IMG/VR virus record: IMGVR_UViG_3300043773_000921
Location: 24,549 to 88,548 of that record
DNA length: 64,000 nt
Origin: a virus
Reading direction: 5' to 3' (one strand)
Part shown: positions 26,892 through 39,700 of the stretch, one piece after another
How the letters are laid out: each line of letters opens with the position of its first letter
Numbering within the stretch: the first letter of the stretch is position 1
Translations under genes and position numbers: made by a program
The notes under the pieces: generated by a model
What the model saw: the letters and a program-made list of their open reading frames with translations, nothing else
Told to the model about the DNA's origin: nothing
Databases searched by the model: none

Positions 26892-27839
26892 CTACAAAGA
26901 TAGAATCATTTCAATCATACGAGGGTCCGGGTATATATCGTTTTTACCTTGAAACACATTGCCATGGGTGTATATGCCCGGCACTCTGTTTGCGTAATCG
27001 AGTATGTACCCGAATGCCTTTTCTACTCCATACTTTCTGATATGCTCGGCAAGTCCGGCTTTTACATTCATTCCATATTCATCGCGACAATGCTCTGCTA
27101 TTATTCTACATTGCTCTATCTGTTTGTCGGAATACTTATGGAAATACCTATGGAATCTATATGTCCATCCCAAATCATAAACTTGTGATTCAGACACTAC
27201 ATTGCCATAAGCAGTATAGTAAGAGTTTGTTTGTCCTGCTATCCAAGTATGCTTTCCATTTACTATTGTATAGTACCCACCTTTTGTCAGTCCTCCCATA
27301 CTACATATCTCTACACCAATAGACTCTCTGTGTAGCGGAGTATTACCTACTGACGCATGCCAGGCATATGATCCTTTTGGCATACAACGGACAGTTATCC
27401 CATCATGTCCGTTATCTCTCCCACTAATATGAACACCACCAACTACAAACTCGGTAGCAATAGAGTTTGAATCATTACTCCAAAAATCTACTGTAGCTTT
27501 TGGATTATCCCATCCGGCAGTATGATGAAACATCAACCATTTCTTTTGGAAAGGGCCTGGATAATAGTTTGGAATCCATTTGTCTTTTTCCTGCTTACCT
27601 TTTGTTAGCATGTATTCAACAAACTCAGTTTCTTTACCAACACTAGTATCACCTGTACCTTGTAATGCTGCCCAAGTAATAGGTCCTACAATACCATCGG
27701 CAATAAGACCGTATTGTTTTTGAAATGATATTACTGCATCGTGTGTATCAGCGCCAAAGAATCCATCTACGGCAATTTCTAGTATTTTTTGAAGCGTTAT
27801 AACATCTTGTCCTTCGCTTCCTATTTTTATTGTTGTCAT
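26892..27839 (-). CDS. Endolysin: PG-binding domain plus N-acetylmuramoyl-L-alanine amidase
   Basis: GSEGQDVITLQ...VDGFFG...FQKQYGLIADGIVGPITW; HHTAG; AWHA; SIGVEIC; TH...KND. Confidence 0.9.
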   Translation of the reverse strand: MTTIKIGSEGQDVITLQKILEIAVDGFFGADTHDAVISFQKQYGLIADGIVGPITWAALQGTGDTSVGKETEFVEYMLTKGKQEKDKWIPNYYPGPFQKKWLMFHHTAGWDNPKATVDFWSNDSNSIATEFVVGGVHISGRDNGHDGITVRCMPKGSYAWHASVGNTPLHRESIGVEICSMGGLTKGGYYTIVNGKHTWIAGQTNSYYTAYGNVVSESQVYDLGWTYRFHRYFHKYSDKQIEQCRIIAEHCRDEYGMNVKAGLAEHIRKYGVEKAFGYILDYANRVPGIYTHGNVFQGKNDIYPDPRMIEMILSL

Positions 27840-28990
27840 TATTTTACGCGCATTTTAAGAAAGAAATTAGTGTATCTAGGAGTTACTGATGTAGCAATGT
27901 TCCATACTGGATCTGGCGATATTTCTCCCCATGAATCAGTAGTTCCTGTTACTGTATGTGTGTGAGTCCCAGCATTATTAGTGTTTGTAGTGTTTGGCGT
28001 TCCTCCATCTCCATCACTTTCAATAAAACTACCAGTTCCAGGACCTGGATAAACATTTACAACGTGATTATGATCTCCACTTGGTAATGTAGTAGCAGAA
28101 AAAGTATGAGTATGATCTGGAATATCTAAATCTCCTAATGTTCTTGTTGCTTGACCGCCATTTAATGTAAAAAGTAATCCACCTTGTGTTTGCTTTGCTC
28201 TAAAATAGTTTTCCTGCTGTACTAAATCAGGTATCTTAAAATAGCCAGGTGCAGCAGCTCCGTAAGTATTTGTAAATAAAGCGTACAATTGTAGATGGTC
28301 TGCTATTAAAAGGTCTTGTCCTAATGGTTCTGCCCAGTTAGTTCCCCAATAACTAGGCGGAGTAACAGTTAAAATAACATCGCCTAATGCTACTTGTGTA
28401 TCTTGCGAATTACATAAAGCATCTGCAAGTTCTATTATTTTTACATTTGCATTATGTATTGCATTTTCCAATGTTTGCAATTGTACGTTTAATGGCGTTG
28501 TTGCTGGATTATTAACTACTATTTCAGACAAATTACATATTCCTACACCATCTACTATTCTTGTATCGTAATCTTGATGTAGTTCTACGGTTTGTGTTGT
28601 TTCAACTGGATCTACTGGAAATTGTACAGTTGCTCTCCAGTCTTCAATACCTACACCTGTATCTGTGTTAGTTGCACCGCCTCTTGGTACTTTAGTCCAG
28701 GTTATTGATGGGCTATCAAGTATTTTTGGTATCTGTGCTGGTCGAACAAATGATGTAAATCCTAATGGAGATACACCGGCCGCATCTACATTAACACCAG
28801 TATTTATCTTTGCATCAGTTGTAGTCTTTGCAATACCGGCTCTTGTAAGCTGTGCGCGGTCTGTTATTTCTTTTATAAATGGTACTGAATCGCACCAGTC
28901 AGACATTGTTTGCTCTGTTGGTATGTCTTGAGAGTTAAACCTATCTGCGTTTCCTGCGTCGAAAAAATAAGTTCTTTGTCGTAATGCCAT
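27839..28990 (-). CDS. Tail fibre with tail-collar domain and His-rich tip
   Basis: DIPTEQ..SDWCDS N-motif; GQDL...LYALFTNTYG...FKIPDL collar; HTH/HNH/HTH metal-binding repeats. Confidence 0.8.
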   Translation of the reverse strand: MALRQRTYFFDAGNADRFNSQDIPTEQTMSDWCDSVPFIKEITDRAQLTRAGIAKTTTDAKINTGVNVDAAGVSPLGFTSFVRPAQIPKILDSPSITWTKVPRGGATNTDTGVGIEDWRATVQFPVDPVETTQTVELHQDYDTRIVDGVGICNLSEIVVNNPATTPLNVQLQTLENAIHNANVKIIELADALCNSQDTQVALGDVILTVTPPSYWGTNWAEPLGQDLLIADHLQLYALFTNTYGAAAPGYFKIPDLVQQENYFRAKQTQGGLLFTLNGGQATRTLGDLDIPDHTHTFSATTLPSGDHNHVVNVYPGPGTGSFIESDGDGGTPNTTNTNNAGTHTHTVTGTTDSWGEISPDPVWNIATSVTPRYTNFFLKMRVK

Positions 28991-29006
28991 GGCTTTATAT
29001 TTTTAG

Positions 29007-29474
29007 TTATACGAAATCAGTTCCATAAGGTTTATCAATTTGAAATAGTCTATTGTCGCAAGGTGGATTACCACTTTCAATGTGCATGTAATCAATACCA
29101 TCTGGCTTACCTTCCAATGGCAGTACACCAAACTTTCTTAGTATTGTTCTGATGTCTATGCCTTGGCAATGAAAGTGCTTTACTATGCAGTCTACAAACT
29201 TTTCATCTACAAAGTTACCCGGGTATTTCCACTCAGGGCAATTGTTTTCATCGTATGTAAGGTTATATGTGTTATGCTCCATTGCTTTCCACTCTAACAT
29301 AGCAAGAAACAAATATAGCACTCCCATATCTTGAAGCATTAGCATCTGTTTGCCATTACTGGTTATGCCCCATTTACCAAGTTCGTAGTAGGAACATGCC
29401 CAGTTTTGTGTTACTTTGTTGGCAATCTCATATACATTGCCTACTCGTCTATCGAAGTCTGTTATTACTTGCAT
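29007..29474 (-). CDS. Structural protein
   Basis: In virion block; GIDYMHIE C-terminal motif. Confidence 0.55.
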   Translation of the reverse strand: MQVITDFDRRVGNVYEIANKVTQNWACSYYELGKWGITSNGKQMLMLQDMGVLYLFLAMLEWKAMEHNTYNLTYDENNCPEWKYPGNFVDEKFVDCIVKHFHCQGIDIRTILRKFGVLPLEGKPDGIDYMHIESGNPPCDNRLFQIDKPYGTDFV

Positions 29475-30751
29475 CCGCAGGGAGTTGATGGGTTAGAAGG
29501 AGAAGGTGCATAGCTATATCCGTTACATGGTTGGCAGTCGCCGCAGTTATCCGGGCATCCACATCCGCAGTCAAAGCCACAGTTTTTAACATAGTCGCGC
29601 ATCTTTTTGTAAAGCTCTAATATGTTATTGACATTGCATAGTCTTTGGTCCGATATATCCCAGTTTCCAAGATACCAAAGTCTGTCTGTTGTTACTAATG
29701 GCATTAGCGCGTGAAAGAACATAGTGCTTAGTTCTACTGCCTTGCGCCTTGCTTCTTCGTAAGATTCTCCAGCGGCCGTACATTTGTCAGCGCATGGGTC
29801 TTGGCATAGCCAACGATTCATTAACCGAGATAGGCAAGCATACAAATCACAGAACTCGTAAATGTAATCGCATTGTGTTTCGCCCGGGCCTAACTCTACA
29901 GCAGTAAGTTCTATGTCGTCACAAACTATTTCAGGGCTTGGATTTGTTATATAAATCTTTAAAGACAAAATATCTGCTACTGAATAACCATTATTTCCTA
30001 AAAATGTGTTAATAGTTGTTTCTGCCTCAGTTGTTCCTTGTACGGTTGACATATTCCATACAGTATTTACAGGTACTACTTCAAAACCATCTATTATAAG
30101 TGATGATACGTATTGCTTGTTTTCGTCAAATACATATTCATAAGCGCAATACAAATTTGCATCAGATGTATTTTCAAGTTGACCTGGAGGATAGCTTTCA
30201 TTTACAGATGCTAAGTAAACATCATTTGCTTGAACTACAAGTTGATATGCATTATTATTAGCTGGAACATTTGGTAAAGAACTACCAGGAGCAAGCATTG
30301 TAACTGTTCCACCACCATTTGCCGTAACATATCCTTGCAAATCATCAACAAAATCTTGATAGGATGCAGGCACAGAATTAAATAAACCTGGAGTAGGAAT
30401 AAATACAGTATAACTTGTATCATAAAATCTTACTGAAACTAGATTTAATCCAGGTGTTGATGAAGTTAAAAATCCTATAACAGACAACCTACCATTTGTT
30501 GTTTCTAGTTCTTCTGGATTAAGTGGTAAATCAAATGCATAGGCACATAACTTAAACACACCATCGCCAGGCAAAATTATAGTGTTTATCCCATCAGGAG
30601 CAAGATTAAATGTTTCTGTATACGTACCAGTTTCATCTGTTATGACTACGTTGGCATTATAAACACTTGATATGTTTGATATGGTATACTGGTTACATTC
30701 CGTCTTGTCCCAGCGTATAGCATAGTTTTCGTTTGAGATTAAAGTTGGCAT
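29465..30751 (-). CDS. Cys-rich structural (tail/adaptor-like) protein
   Basis: Beta-rich N-terminal part, helical C-terminal part ending CGFDCGCGCPDNCGDCQPC...CGCK. Confidence 0.55.
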   Translation of the reverse strand: MPTLISNENYAIRWDKTECNQYTISNISSVYNANVVITDETGTYTETFNLAPDGINTIILPGDGVFKLCAYAFDLPLNPEELETTNGRLSVIGFLTSSTPGLNLVSVRFYDTSYTVFIPTPGLFNSVPASYQDFVDDLQGYVTANGGGTVTMLAPGSSLPNVPANNNAYQLVVQANDVYLASVNESYPPGQLENTSDANLYCAYEYVFDENKQYVSSLIIDGFEVVPVNTVWNMSTVQGTTEAETTINTFLGNNGYSVADILSLKIYITNPSPEIVCDDIELTAVELGPGETQCDYIYEFCDLYACLSRLMNRWLCQDPCADKCTAAGESYEEARRKAVELSTMFFHALMPLVTTDRLWYLGNWDISDQRLCNVNNILELYKKMRDYVKNCGFDCGCGCPDNCGDCQPCNGYSYAPSPSNPSTPCGCK

Positions 30752-30754
30752 ATT

Positions 30755-33700
30755 TTATTTTTTAGTTGATTCACCGATATAATTTAACATGTAATCGTAA
30801 GTGTCATGTACATCCCTATAACCACCACCAAGAGGCATATTCTTACTTAAATCGTAGAAATATTCATCAAGTTCATTAGTAATGCCTTCGATATCTTGCT
30901 GTTGATATAATGTCCAAGGCAACATCAATGTAGAAACAAATGTTTGAGCTACATTATCAGCTTGCATAATATGAGTTGATGGCATATTGCCTATGTCTTG
31001 GAACATTCTATATGGAGATACATAAGACAACTGTTCTTCAACACCTTTTAAAAGTATGTTTTTGGCAAACATTTCAGTCATAGACAAATCACCTTTTAAT
31101 GGCATATCATATTTTGTATCATACAACATAGATAGTAATCTTTCAGAAATCCAAGGCTCATCAATATCTACTCTTTTACGTTTACCTGTTTTAGGGTCTT
31201 TTTCATAACGGTATTTTTTAACTTTCTTTCTATCTTCATCATATAACATTGAATCTGCAAGAAGATAAACACCGGCCATGATACCAGTAAACGTAGCCAT
31301 TGCTATAAGATTACGCTTTTGAAAACTAGACATGTTTTTATAATCATCAAATGTACCTGTTTTTACAAAATTTCTCAAACCTTTAGCACAATATATTAAT
31401 GTGTTGATCATACCCTCTGTAAGTTCCGGTGCCCAAACAGGTTCTTTTTTACCATCAATTTCAATTACTTTAAAATCACCAAGATGTACTGTTTGGCTAG
31501 GGTTTTTCCACCATGCTTGTGCTACATTGTACATGTAACTTCTCATTGATGAAGCAGCGCGAACAAATGAATAACTTGATGCTAAGTTTTTGTATTTAGG
31601 ATCAGTTAACTCACCAACAAATCTTTGCACTTGCAATTTTACATGGTTCTCTTGTCTTTGAGTGTATGCGTGTGTCATTTTGCCATTATCAAGAACATGA
31701 TATCCTTCTTTGTATTGTTGTTCAATAATAGCATTTTTGATGTACTCACCATCTTCACCAACAAATCTTTTGTCTTTGGTTTCATCGTAGTTTCCTTCAT
31801 CGTCGTGTGCATCATAAGTACCATCATTAATCATTTGAGCGATACCGCCAATAAGTTGATTGTAATAATCACCAAACCAGTTAAGAATCATTTGAGCATC
31901 TGGCTCAGTAGCATTTGCTTTACTTATTACATGTTGAAAGTGATTGATTAAATCTTTTTCGCTCATGTTTACAAACTGATACTTTTCATTTAATGCTCGT
32001 ATTTTTTCACCATTAGAAAACATTTGCTCTACAGCGCGAGTAACATTAGCAATATTAAAATTCTTGCCTGAAATCTGATTTATTAAAGCATTGATTAAAA
32101 GTTTAGATGTTGTAGCTACTACGTTTTTCATTGCAACACCAGGCTTAACAGCAAGGTGTGCCATATTTATAAATCTGTTACTAGCATCTAACATATAGTC
32201 AATATTTACAGATATGTTGCCAAGCATTACTTTAGGCATTTCTGGAAGATTACCATAAATCTGTCTGTTAATATAATTTTCTACATGTTCTCTTGCATCT
32301 TTAGTATTTACACCACGCATTGCTTCTTCACCTCTAAGCATATCCATTGCAATATTTGCAGATGCTACTGCTCTTTGCATGTACTTTGTGCGCTTAGATG
32401 CCATCATGGTATAGTTACCTATATTCTGAAGGTTATATGACAATGAGTTTTGTAGTTCAGGAGCGATTACTTCAAGAGATCTATCTTGATTTCTAACCTT
32501 TAGATCTAGTCCAAGAAGTTTCATTCTAAATGAACCGCCGTATAGTTCTGCATTTTGGAACTGATTCCAGAATGGCGACATAAGTTTTCTGAATGATTCT
32601 TTTTGGTACTCCGCATCTTCTGTTTGTGTAAACTCTTCATACAATGCACCTCCAATAAATCTACCAGCATTTTTCATGTACATATTTAATGCATCCATCA
32701 ATTTGCCTTCACTTAAAGCAGAACCTGTAGAACGTATAAATACAGGCATCATACCTCTTTTGTATCGTCTTGCTACTTCATTTTCTGCTGCTGCTCTAAG
32801 CTCTACCTCGGTCATATTTGCGCGCTGTGATATGTTTTTGCGTTCAACGGTCATTACGTACTGAACAAACTCTTCATACATGCTATCGGCTAACCATTTA
32901 CCAAACTCTAATTGCTCTGTAGTTATTTCTCTATTAGCTAATGCTCTTGCAGTTTCAGCATCATTTATATCACAATGTATTTCGTGAGTTGATATTGGAA
33001 CTTCTTTACCATTTTGATCATAACCAGTTGCTTTTTTAAATAATGGTTTAAATAAATCATGTGATTTGTCAAGACCATAACTTAAAATATTACCAGAAAG
33101 TGTGTTTAATGTTTTTGTTCTTTTGTTCAACTCTTTGTTAAACGGCACCATTTCATCAACACCTTTTCTAGAAGCAAGATCAACTTGGTCAAATAACCAT
33201 GTTCTTATTTGTCCTGTCCAGCGATCGGCAGTCTGTATTAGCTTTTCATCAAATGAAAGTTCGTTAAATCTTTGAGTATTAATCTCATTGTACCCAGTTA
33301 ACTCTCTATACGTTTGTAGTAAAAACTGATATTCTTCGTTGGCAGCCTTTGCTACATCGCTATCTAGTTCTTCGGCTAAATGCATTATTCTACCAAATAC
33401 AGCTTTTTGAATATCTTGGTAAAATGAGTTATCACCATTTTCAAATACTTTAATACCTTGATCTATTGTGTTTTGTACACTTTTTTTATAGTTATCATTA
33501 GGCTTTAAAGTAGATATTAGCGTTCTAAAATAGTTGAGCAGTCTAGTTCCAACAGGTACTTTGTATAAGTTCATGTTGTACAAAGTTTTATCGGATACAA
33601 TATCTCTTATATCCACTTCTAGATTATCACGCAATTGCGGAACATTGTCAACAAGCAACTCAATCTGTCTTACAGTGTCATCCACATCACGACTTCTTAC

Positions 33701-36700
33701 AGATATGTTACTACCATTTACATGCATAGCACCTACTTTTCTAATGACTGTACCAGGACTAGATTTTTTAATAGCCATAGCAATTATAGCTGTTTTAACT
33801 GCTTCAATATGGCCGTTATCATTAGATAAAGTTACGTTTTGTAATTTTTTAGCACGTTTCTTTTCTTTATTAGTCAAGTTTTCTCCAATAAATGCTGCAG
33901 CAATATTGTTTTTTTCCACACCATGATTACTAAGGTACTCTGGAGAAACATTTAATATTGATATTTCTTGTGCCGGCTTTCCAATGTTATGAACAATTAC
34001 AATTGTGTTATCAAGCTTTACTCCATTTGGCAACTTTAATCCAAGTGTTTGTTCTGCTTCACTTAGCATCATTGCTTTGTCAAGATTTGGATTGTAGCCA
34101 AGTTTATTCATCATTTTTATTACGTTCTGAGTAAGTTGCTCTTTCTGTACTTCTGTAGCATTAGGCAAATCATAACGCTTATTCCAAGATGCAAATAAAG
34201 ATTGTTTTGCTGCAGCTAATGGTTCAAGATCTTTAAGTTCGTCTAAGAACTGAATGATGTTTTTTTCAATACCACCATAGAACGCCATTTCATTTTCAAC
34301 TATTTGAGCAATAAACTTTTCTTTACGTTTTTGATCGTAATTACCATTAGGGTCATAGAAATCTTTGTTTCTCATGGTCAAGTCATAAGTACCTGACAAT
34401 CCAGAAAATGTATTACCTTGAATAGAATCCATTATTTGTCTTCTAGCCTTGTCATCCTTTGTATTGTGCGACTTTCGCTGAAATAACGTATCTATATTTG
34501 TTAAGTTTATATTCTTAACCGATGAAGCAGATGATGCCCTCATTGTATATGGCAAGAACCTGGCAATATTAAATGCTTCTTTGTTTCTGACTACAAACTC
34601 CTTGCCTTTTAGCATATCATTTAAGATAGCATCAGATATAGAGTTAAGGTCAGCAGTTTTAAAATCAACATTGTCAATACTTGATTCTGCATTTACATCA
34701 CCAATTAACGCTTCTTTAAATATAGAACCAGCCTCAGCAAAAAACATTTCCCAGTTTGCTCTTTCTTCTGGTGACATTTCGTGCGCCAATCTTGCGTAAT
34801 ACCTAAACTGAATGTATGTTGGTATTGCTTCAAGTATCATTGCTTCTTCTGTATCAAGATCATCCTTGTACATTTTTCTAACATAGTCCATTACACTAGA
34901 TTGAGAAACCTGTTGTGCTATTGCGTTAAATAGTTCAGGTTTTTCTATCTGCATTGCCAATGTTAATGGATGCGCAAACTCGTGAATAGCGACACCTCTA
35001 TCAGCTTTATCTACATTTATGTAAACAATACCATCCTGGTAGAAAGATACGCTGTCATGTTCAGATCTTTGTATTTGACGGGCTTCTTCGTCATTAACAT
35101 ATCTATACTCAACATTTGGCATAATGCCGGCTATTGTTCTAACAAAACCATCAAGTGCAAACCTTGTGTTGTTTTTCTGCATGATGTTTTCTAGACTAAC
35201 AACAGCTCTTTGTGCATTGAATATGTTTCTATTGTCTGTAAGCTTATGGTTAATAACATAGTTTACATTGTTTTCTGATGTAACATTAATGACAATACCA
35301 ACTATACCATCAGGAAAATGTATCATATCGCCAACTTCATATGGTGTTTCTTGATACCTTTGCAATGTTTCTACAGTTGATTTTATAGAGCCAAAAAGTT
35401 CAGTTATTTTTCCTTCTGCAATACTCTTATTGATGTTGTGATATTTAGTAGAATGTCTTTTACTTATATCTTCATCAATATTCCTATCAACATGTTTGTA
35501 ATATGTTTTAAATGCAACTTCTTTTAATAAATCTATATTGCTTGTAGATACAGTCGATAATGAGTTTATTCTATTTTTCATATTAGCTGTAGACATTCCT
35601 ATAGAATCAGCTATAAGAATATTAGCAAGCAATGTATTAAGTTGATCGTTCTTTAAACTTGTATCTTGAAATATTTCTTTTGCTGCTTCGTAGAACAAGT
35701 CTTTTGTTCCTACTCCGTTTGGACCTTTCATGTTTACAGCAACAACATAACCAGAATCTCTAGCATTTTCTCTAGTAAAGTAATTGCCAAAAGTACCAAG
35801 TAAGTTTACTAACGGAGCATCTTCGTTTGATTGAACTCCATACGTATCGCTAAATATTTCTATTGATGGTATAGATTCTATTGCTCTAAGATTTTCTATA
35901 GTAAAAGGTTTGCCTTCAGCTTTAAGCATATTTAATGCAGCGTGCAATGTATACGATGGAGCTATATCGCTATAGTAGTATTCATCTTTTAGCATTTTAC
36001 CATCTAAAGACTGCAATACAGCATCAGCATTTGGACCATGTTTCTGTAAAATAGAGTTAACAGTAAGGTTGAAAACATTGTTTCTAATCATGTTTTCCAT
36101 ATCCATTGCAGTTTCTTTATCTTGCAATGCAGGAATACCTTTTTTGTTATAAACATTGTTTAAATCCCTTGACATTACATCATTAACTATCTGCAATACA
36201 TCTTGTGGAGTAAGTTCTACGCCTTCTTGTGTCTGCCTTTTAATAGCTTTTTGTATGTCATTTTCTAAATGTCCATGCAATATATTTTTGATGTAAGCAT
36301 GTGGCCTTAAATTTAATGCAAATGACATTGGTATATTTAAGTTTCTTAGTATTGTCGGAGTGTAACTAAGTGATATCGTAATAGGATTACCCATTGCATC
36401 TGTATCGTTATACATATTGATAACAGAATCAAATGGAACTACATTAGACAATGATGTTCTAGTTGCAGAACCCTGAGTAAGTGCAACGCCATTTATACCA
36501 TTGGTAGTAGCAAGAGCATAAGTTCTTATTGTTGTGCCTACTTTAGATTTTTGCGTTTGTATTGTTTTCTTATAATGCTTTGCTACGCCATACCAGGCTG
36601 ATGGGGCCTGTGAAAACTCTTTACCATCTTTGTAAATGCGTTTTTCATTTTTAAGCAAATCAAGACTTGTGTTAGACAAAATCATGTCTGAAATGTTATT

Positions 36701-39700
36701 CAAATCCTGACTTATTTCTTTAGTAGGCAATACTTCTTTTAAAAACTTAGAGTAATCGATAAGAAACTTTTTAGGCAATACTTCACCAAAAAACGATCTA
36801 CTTGTGTCAAACTGATTCTTAAGAATATGGTACAATGCCAACAATGTTTGTGTTTCATTTGACAACTTATTAAAGCCATCTCTAAGCATTTCATTTTCAT
36901 TAGCGTTTTGCACTCTTGACTTTTGAACTTCAAGATAATCCATACGGTTGTATGAATACTTTTCTATTCTATCTATAAACTCATACGCAGATTCAAGATC
37001 TTGTGCAGTAAACTTACTACCCATTTCTTTCAACCTTTGCATTTCTGATTGTCTTATGACTTGATCAAAAAACTCAGGGAAGTTTGAAATAAAGTTTCTT
37101 ACACCAATAGGATTACCAATATTATGCATCATTCCATTTGACGTTGCCGAACCAGATGTCATTGGAAGCGTAAGAATGTTAAACTTTTCTAATGCTTTAA
37201 ATATATCTTCTTTTACTTCTGATTCAAAACCATTGTTGTTGATTTCGGAAAGATACAAATGGACAAAATACTTACTAATCTCTTCTTTTAAAACTATGCT
37301 TTTAGCTTCTGGAAGTATATCGTAAGCAATGTTATCTGTTATGGTGTCTATCATAGATTGTATTTCCGTAGACTCTATGTTAAATATTGAAGAGTTAATG
37401 TCTTTAAACATTTGCGATGCTCTAAAACTTTCCATTACATCTGGCCTAGAAAGCAATATAGATGCAAAATCAAATATCTTGTGGTAGTCTTCGTAGTAGT
37501 TTATTACTTCTCCGGTTACAGGCGACTCTATACTATCTCTCATATAAGAAAAATCAACCTGAGCCATAGTATTGGCTTTTGTTTTAAAAGCTGTTTCTCT
37601 TACTGCTTCAATAGGTTTTTTCTCATTAGGGTTAGCATCAAAATAATCACCTATTGTACTGCTTGCTCCATTGTCTTTTTTCCAACTGTTAAATCTGTCA
37701 TAGATACCAATAAGTTCATCAATAGTATAACCAGTGGCAAATGTAAAATCGTTTTCAAACTTCTTTTGATCATAAGCTTTAGATTGTTTAAACTGATTGA
37801 TATTAGCAACCTTAACTAAATCGCTCATAATATCACCAAGCATAGCATATTTTGTAACAAGATATACTTCATTGATATAATTAGGATCTGTTTTTCTAGA
37901 AAGGTTTCTATTTTTATCAAGATTGTCTTTATAAGATTTTAGGTCTTTGAAAAACTTCTTATACTTTTCAGACAATAACTTGCTTTCATTATTTATATTT
38001 ACTAGGTTATCAGCAGGCGACATACTAGCTATACTAGTAACAATATCATATGATGCTTGAACATCTTTAGAGTTAAGCGCTTTTTCTATTTCAGCTTTAA
38101 ACTCATTATCTGTAATTTCATCAAGATTGTTTTTAATAAAGTTGTCTAGTACGTTTTTAAGGATATTGTGTTTTTTAGAAATTTCTTTACTAATATTATT
38201 AATATTGATATTTCTAATCATAGATAACAAAACATCACCTTTGTTTTCTGTTTGAGCAGTTGCTATTGCTGTATTTATAAATGCCTCATCATATCCTACA
38301 TCATTGATAAGAAATGAAACCATACTATCAAAAATATCACTATTTTTATTTAAGTTATTTTTGTATTGTTCTTCATATTCTGAACCATGAGCTTGTAGTT
38401 TTTTGTAATAGTTGTATGCCGTATTGTAGTAAGATCTTGAAAATCCACCATTGTACATACCTGAGTTTGATTTGACATAATTAAATATGTCTTTATTTGC
38501 ATCAAGTTTCAAGAAGTTTAATACTGCATCCACTTCATTCATATTTTCATTACCGGGTATTGATCTCATGTAATCATGAATATCCTTTGGCGCAAACATC
38601 ATAGCAGATGCCATATCAGCATTATTCATTGTAATATTCATGGCGCCTAAAATCAACAACTTTGGATTATCCGTAGCTGCATTTATAAGCATCTCCATAT
38701 ACACTGGAACTTTGCTGTATTCATCTTCTAACTGGCCGATAGCATTTTCTACTTTGTTAATCTTAAAGTTGTAAATACTTGAATCTATGCCTCTTCTTTG
38801 GTTCATACTATAACCAGAATAAAGCAATGTTTGTAGTTTCTGAGCATTAGCAAACGGACCTACTGCTTGTCCATCCATTGCAATATTTCTATACACAAAT
38901 GAATGTCCAATGTTATGAGCTAAGTCACCATCTTTAAACAATTCTCTATATGTACCATCTGCAGCTTTTTTAACCGGGTCAAGGTCAATAGCGGCCATAG
39001 TAAGCTCAGCATTTAATGGGTCTGAATAGTATCTTTGAAGGTGTCTGATTAGTCTGTTGTTAATAACCTTAGCTTCTTCATTAGATAATGCATCGTAGTT
39101 GCCATCTTTCTTTTGCTTATCTTTCCAGTTGTTGTATTCCAAAATAGACATCTTACCAGAGTCAAGCATTGTACTTGACAAATAGTAGATTGTAAACTGG
39201 TCAACGTCTTGGTCAGAACCATCAATAAGGTTTTTGATAGTATTTACATAACCAACAGAACTAGCATCATTTATAAACCCTACAATGTTGTTAATAAAAC
39301 CAGAACCTGGTCCTGATGGAGTACGCATGCCAATGTTATCTTTTAGCGTTATGGCTACAGATGTTATAGCATCGGTATATTTGTCAACTAAGTTTGCTAT
39401 TTCAGATTGAGCAAAAGCAGTAGACTCTTCAGCCAGTCTTGTTCTTAGTTCTTGCTTAATATCTTCTACAGATTTTTCAAGTGAACCTTCTTTCATAGCT
39501 CTATATGAGTCGCCATGCTTTAGCTCCATTTCCTTGTCAACCTTAGCATAAATACTCCCAAACTTTTTATAGTTGTCTTTGAGGTACTTGTTTAACCCAT
39601 CAACAAACATCATTTCAAAGTAAGTATTTAATCCTGATTGGTTTTCGTTGTACAGTACTTCAACTCTAGGCTTACCATTGCTATTGTATTTCATTTCAAA

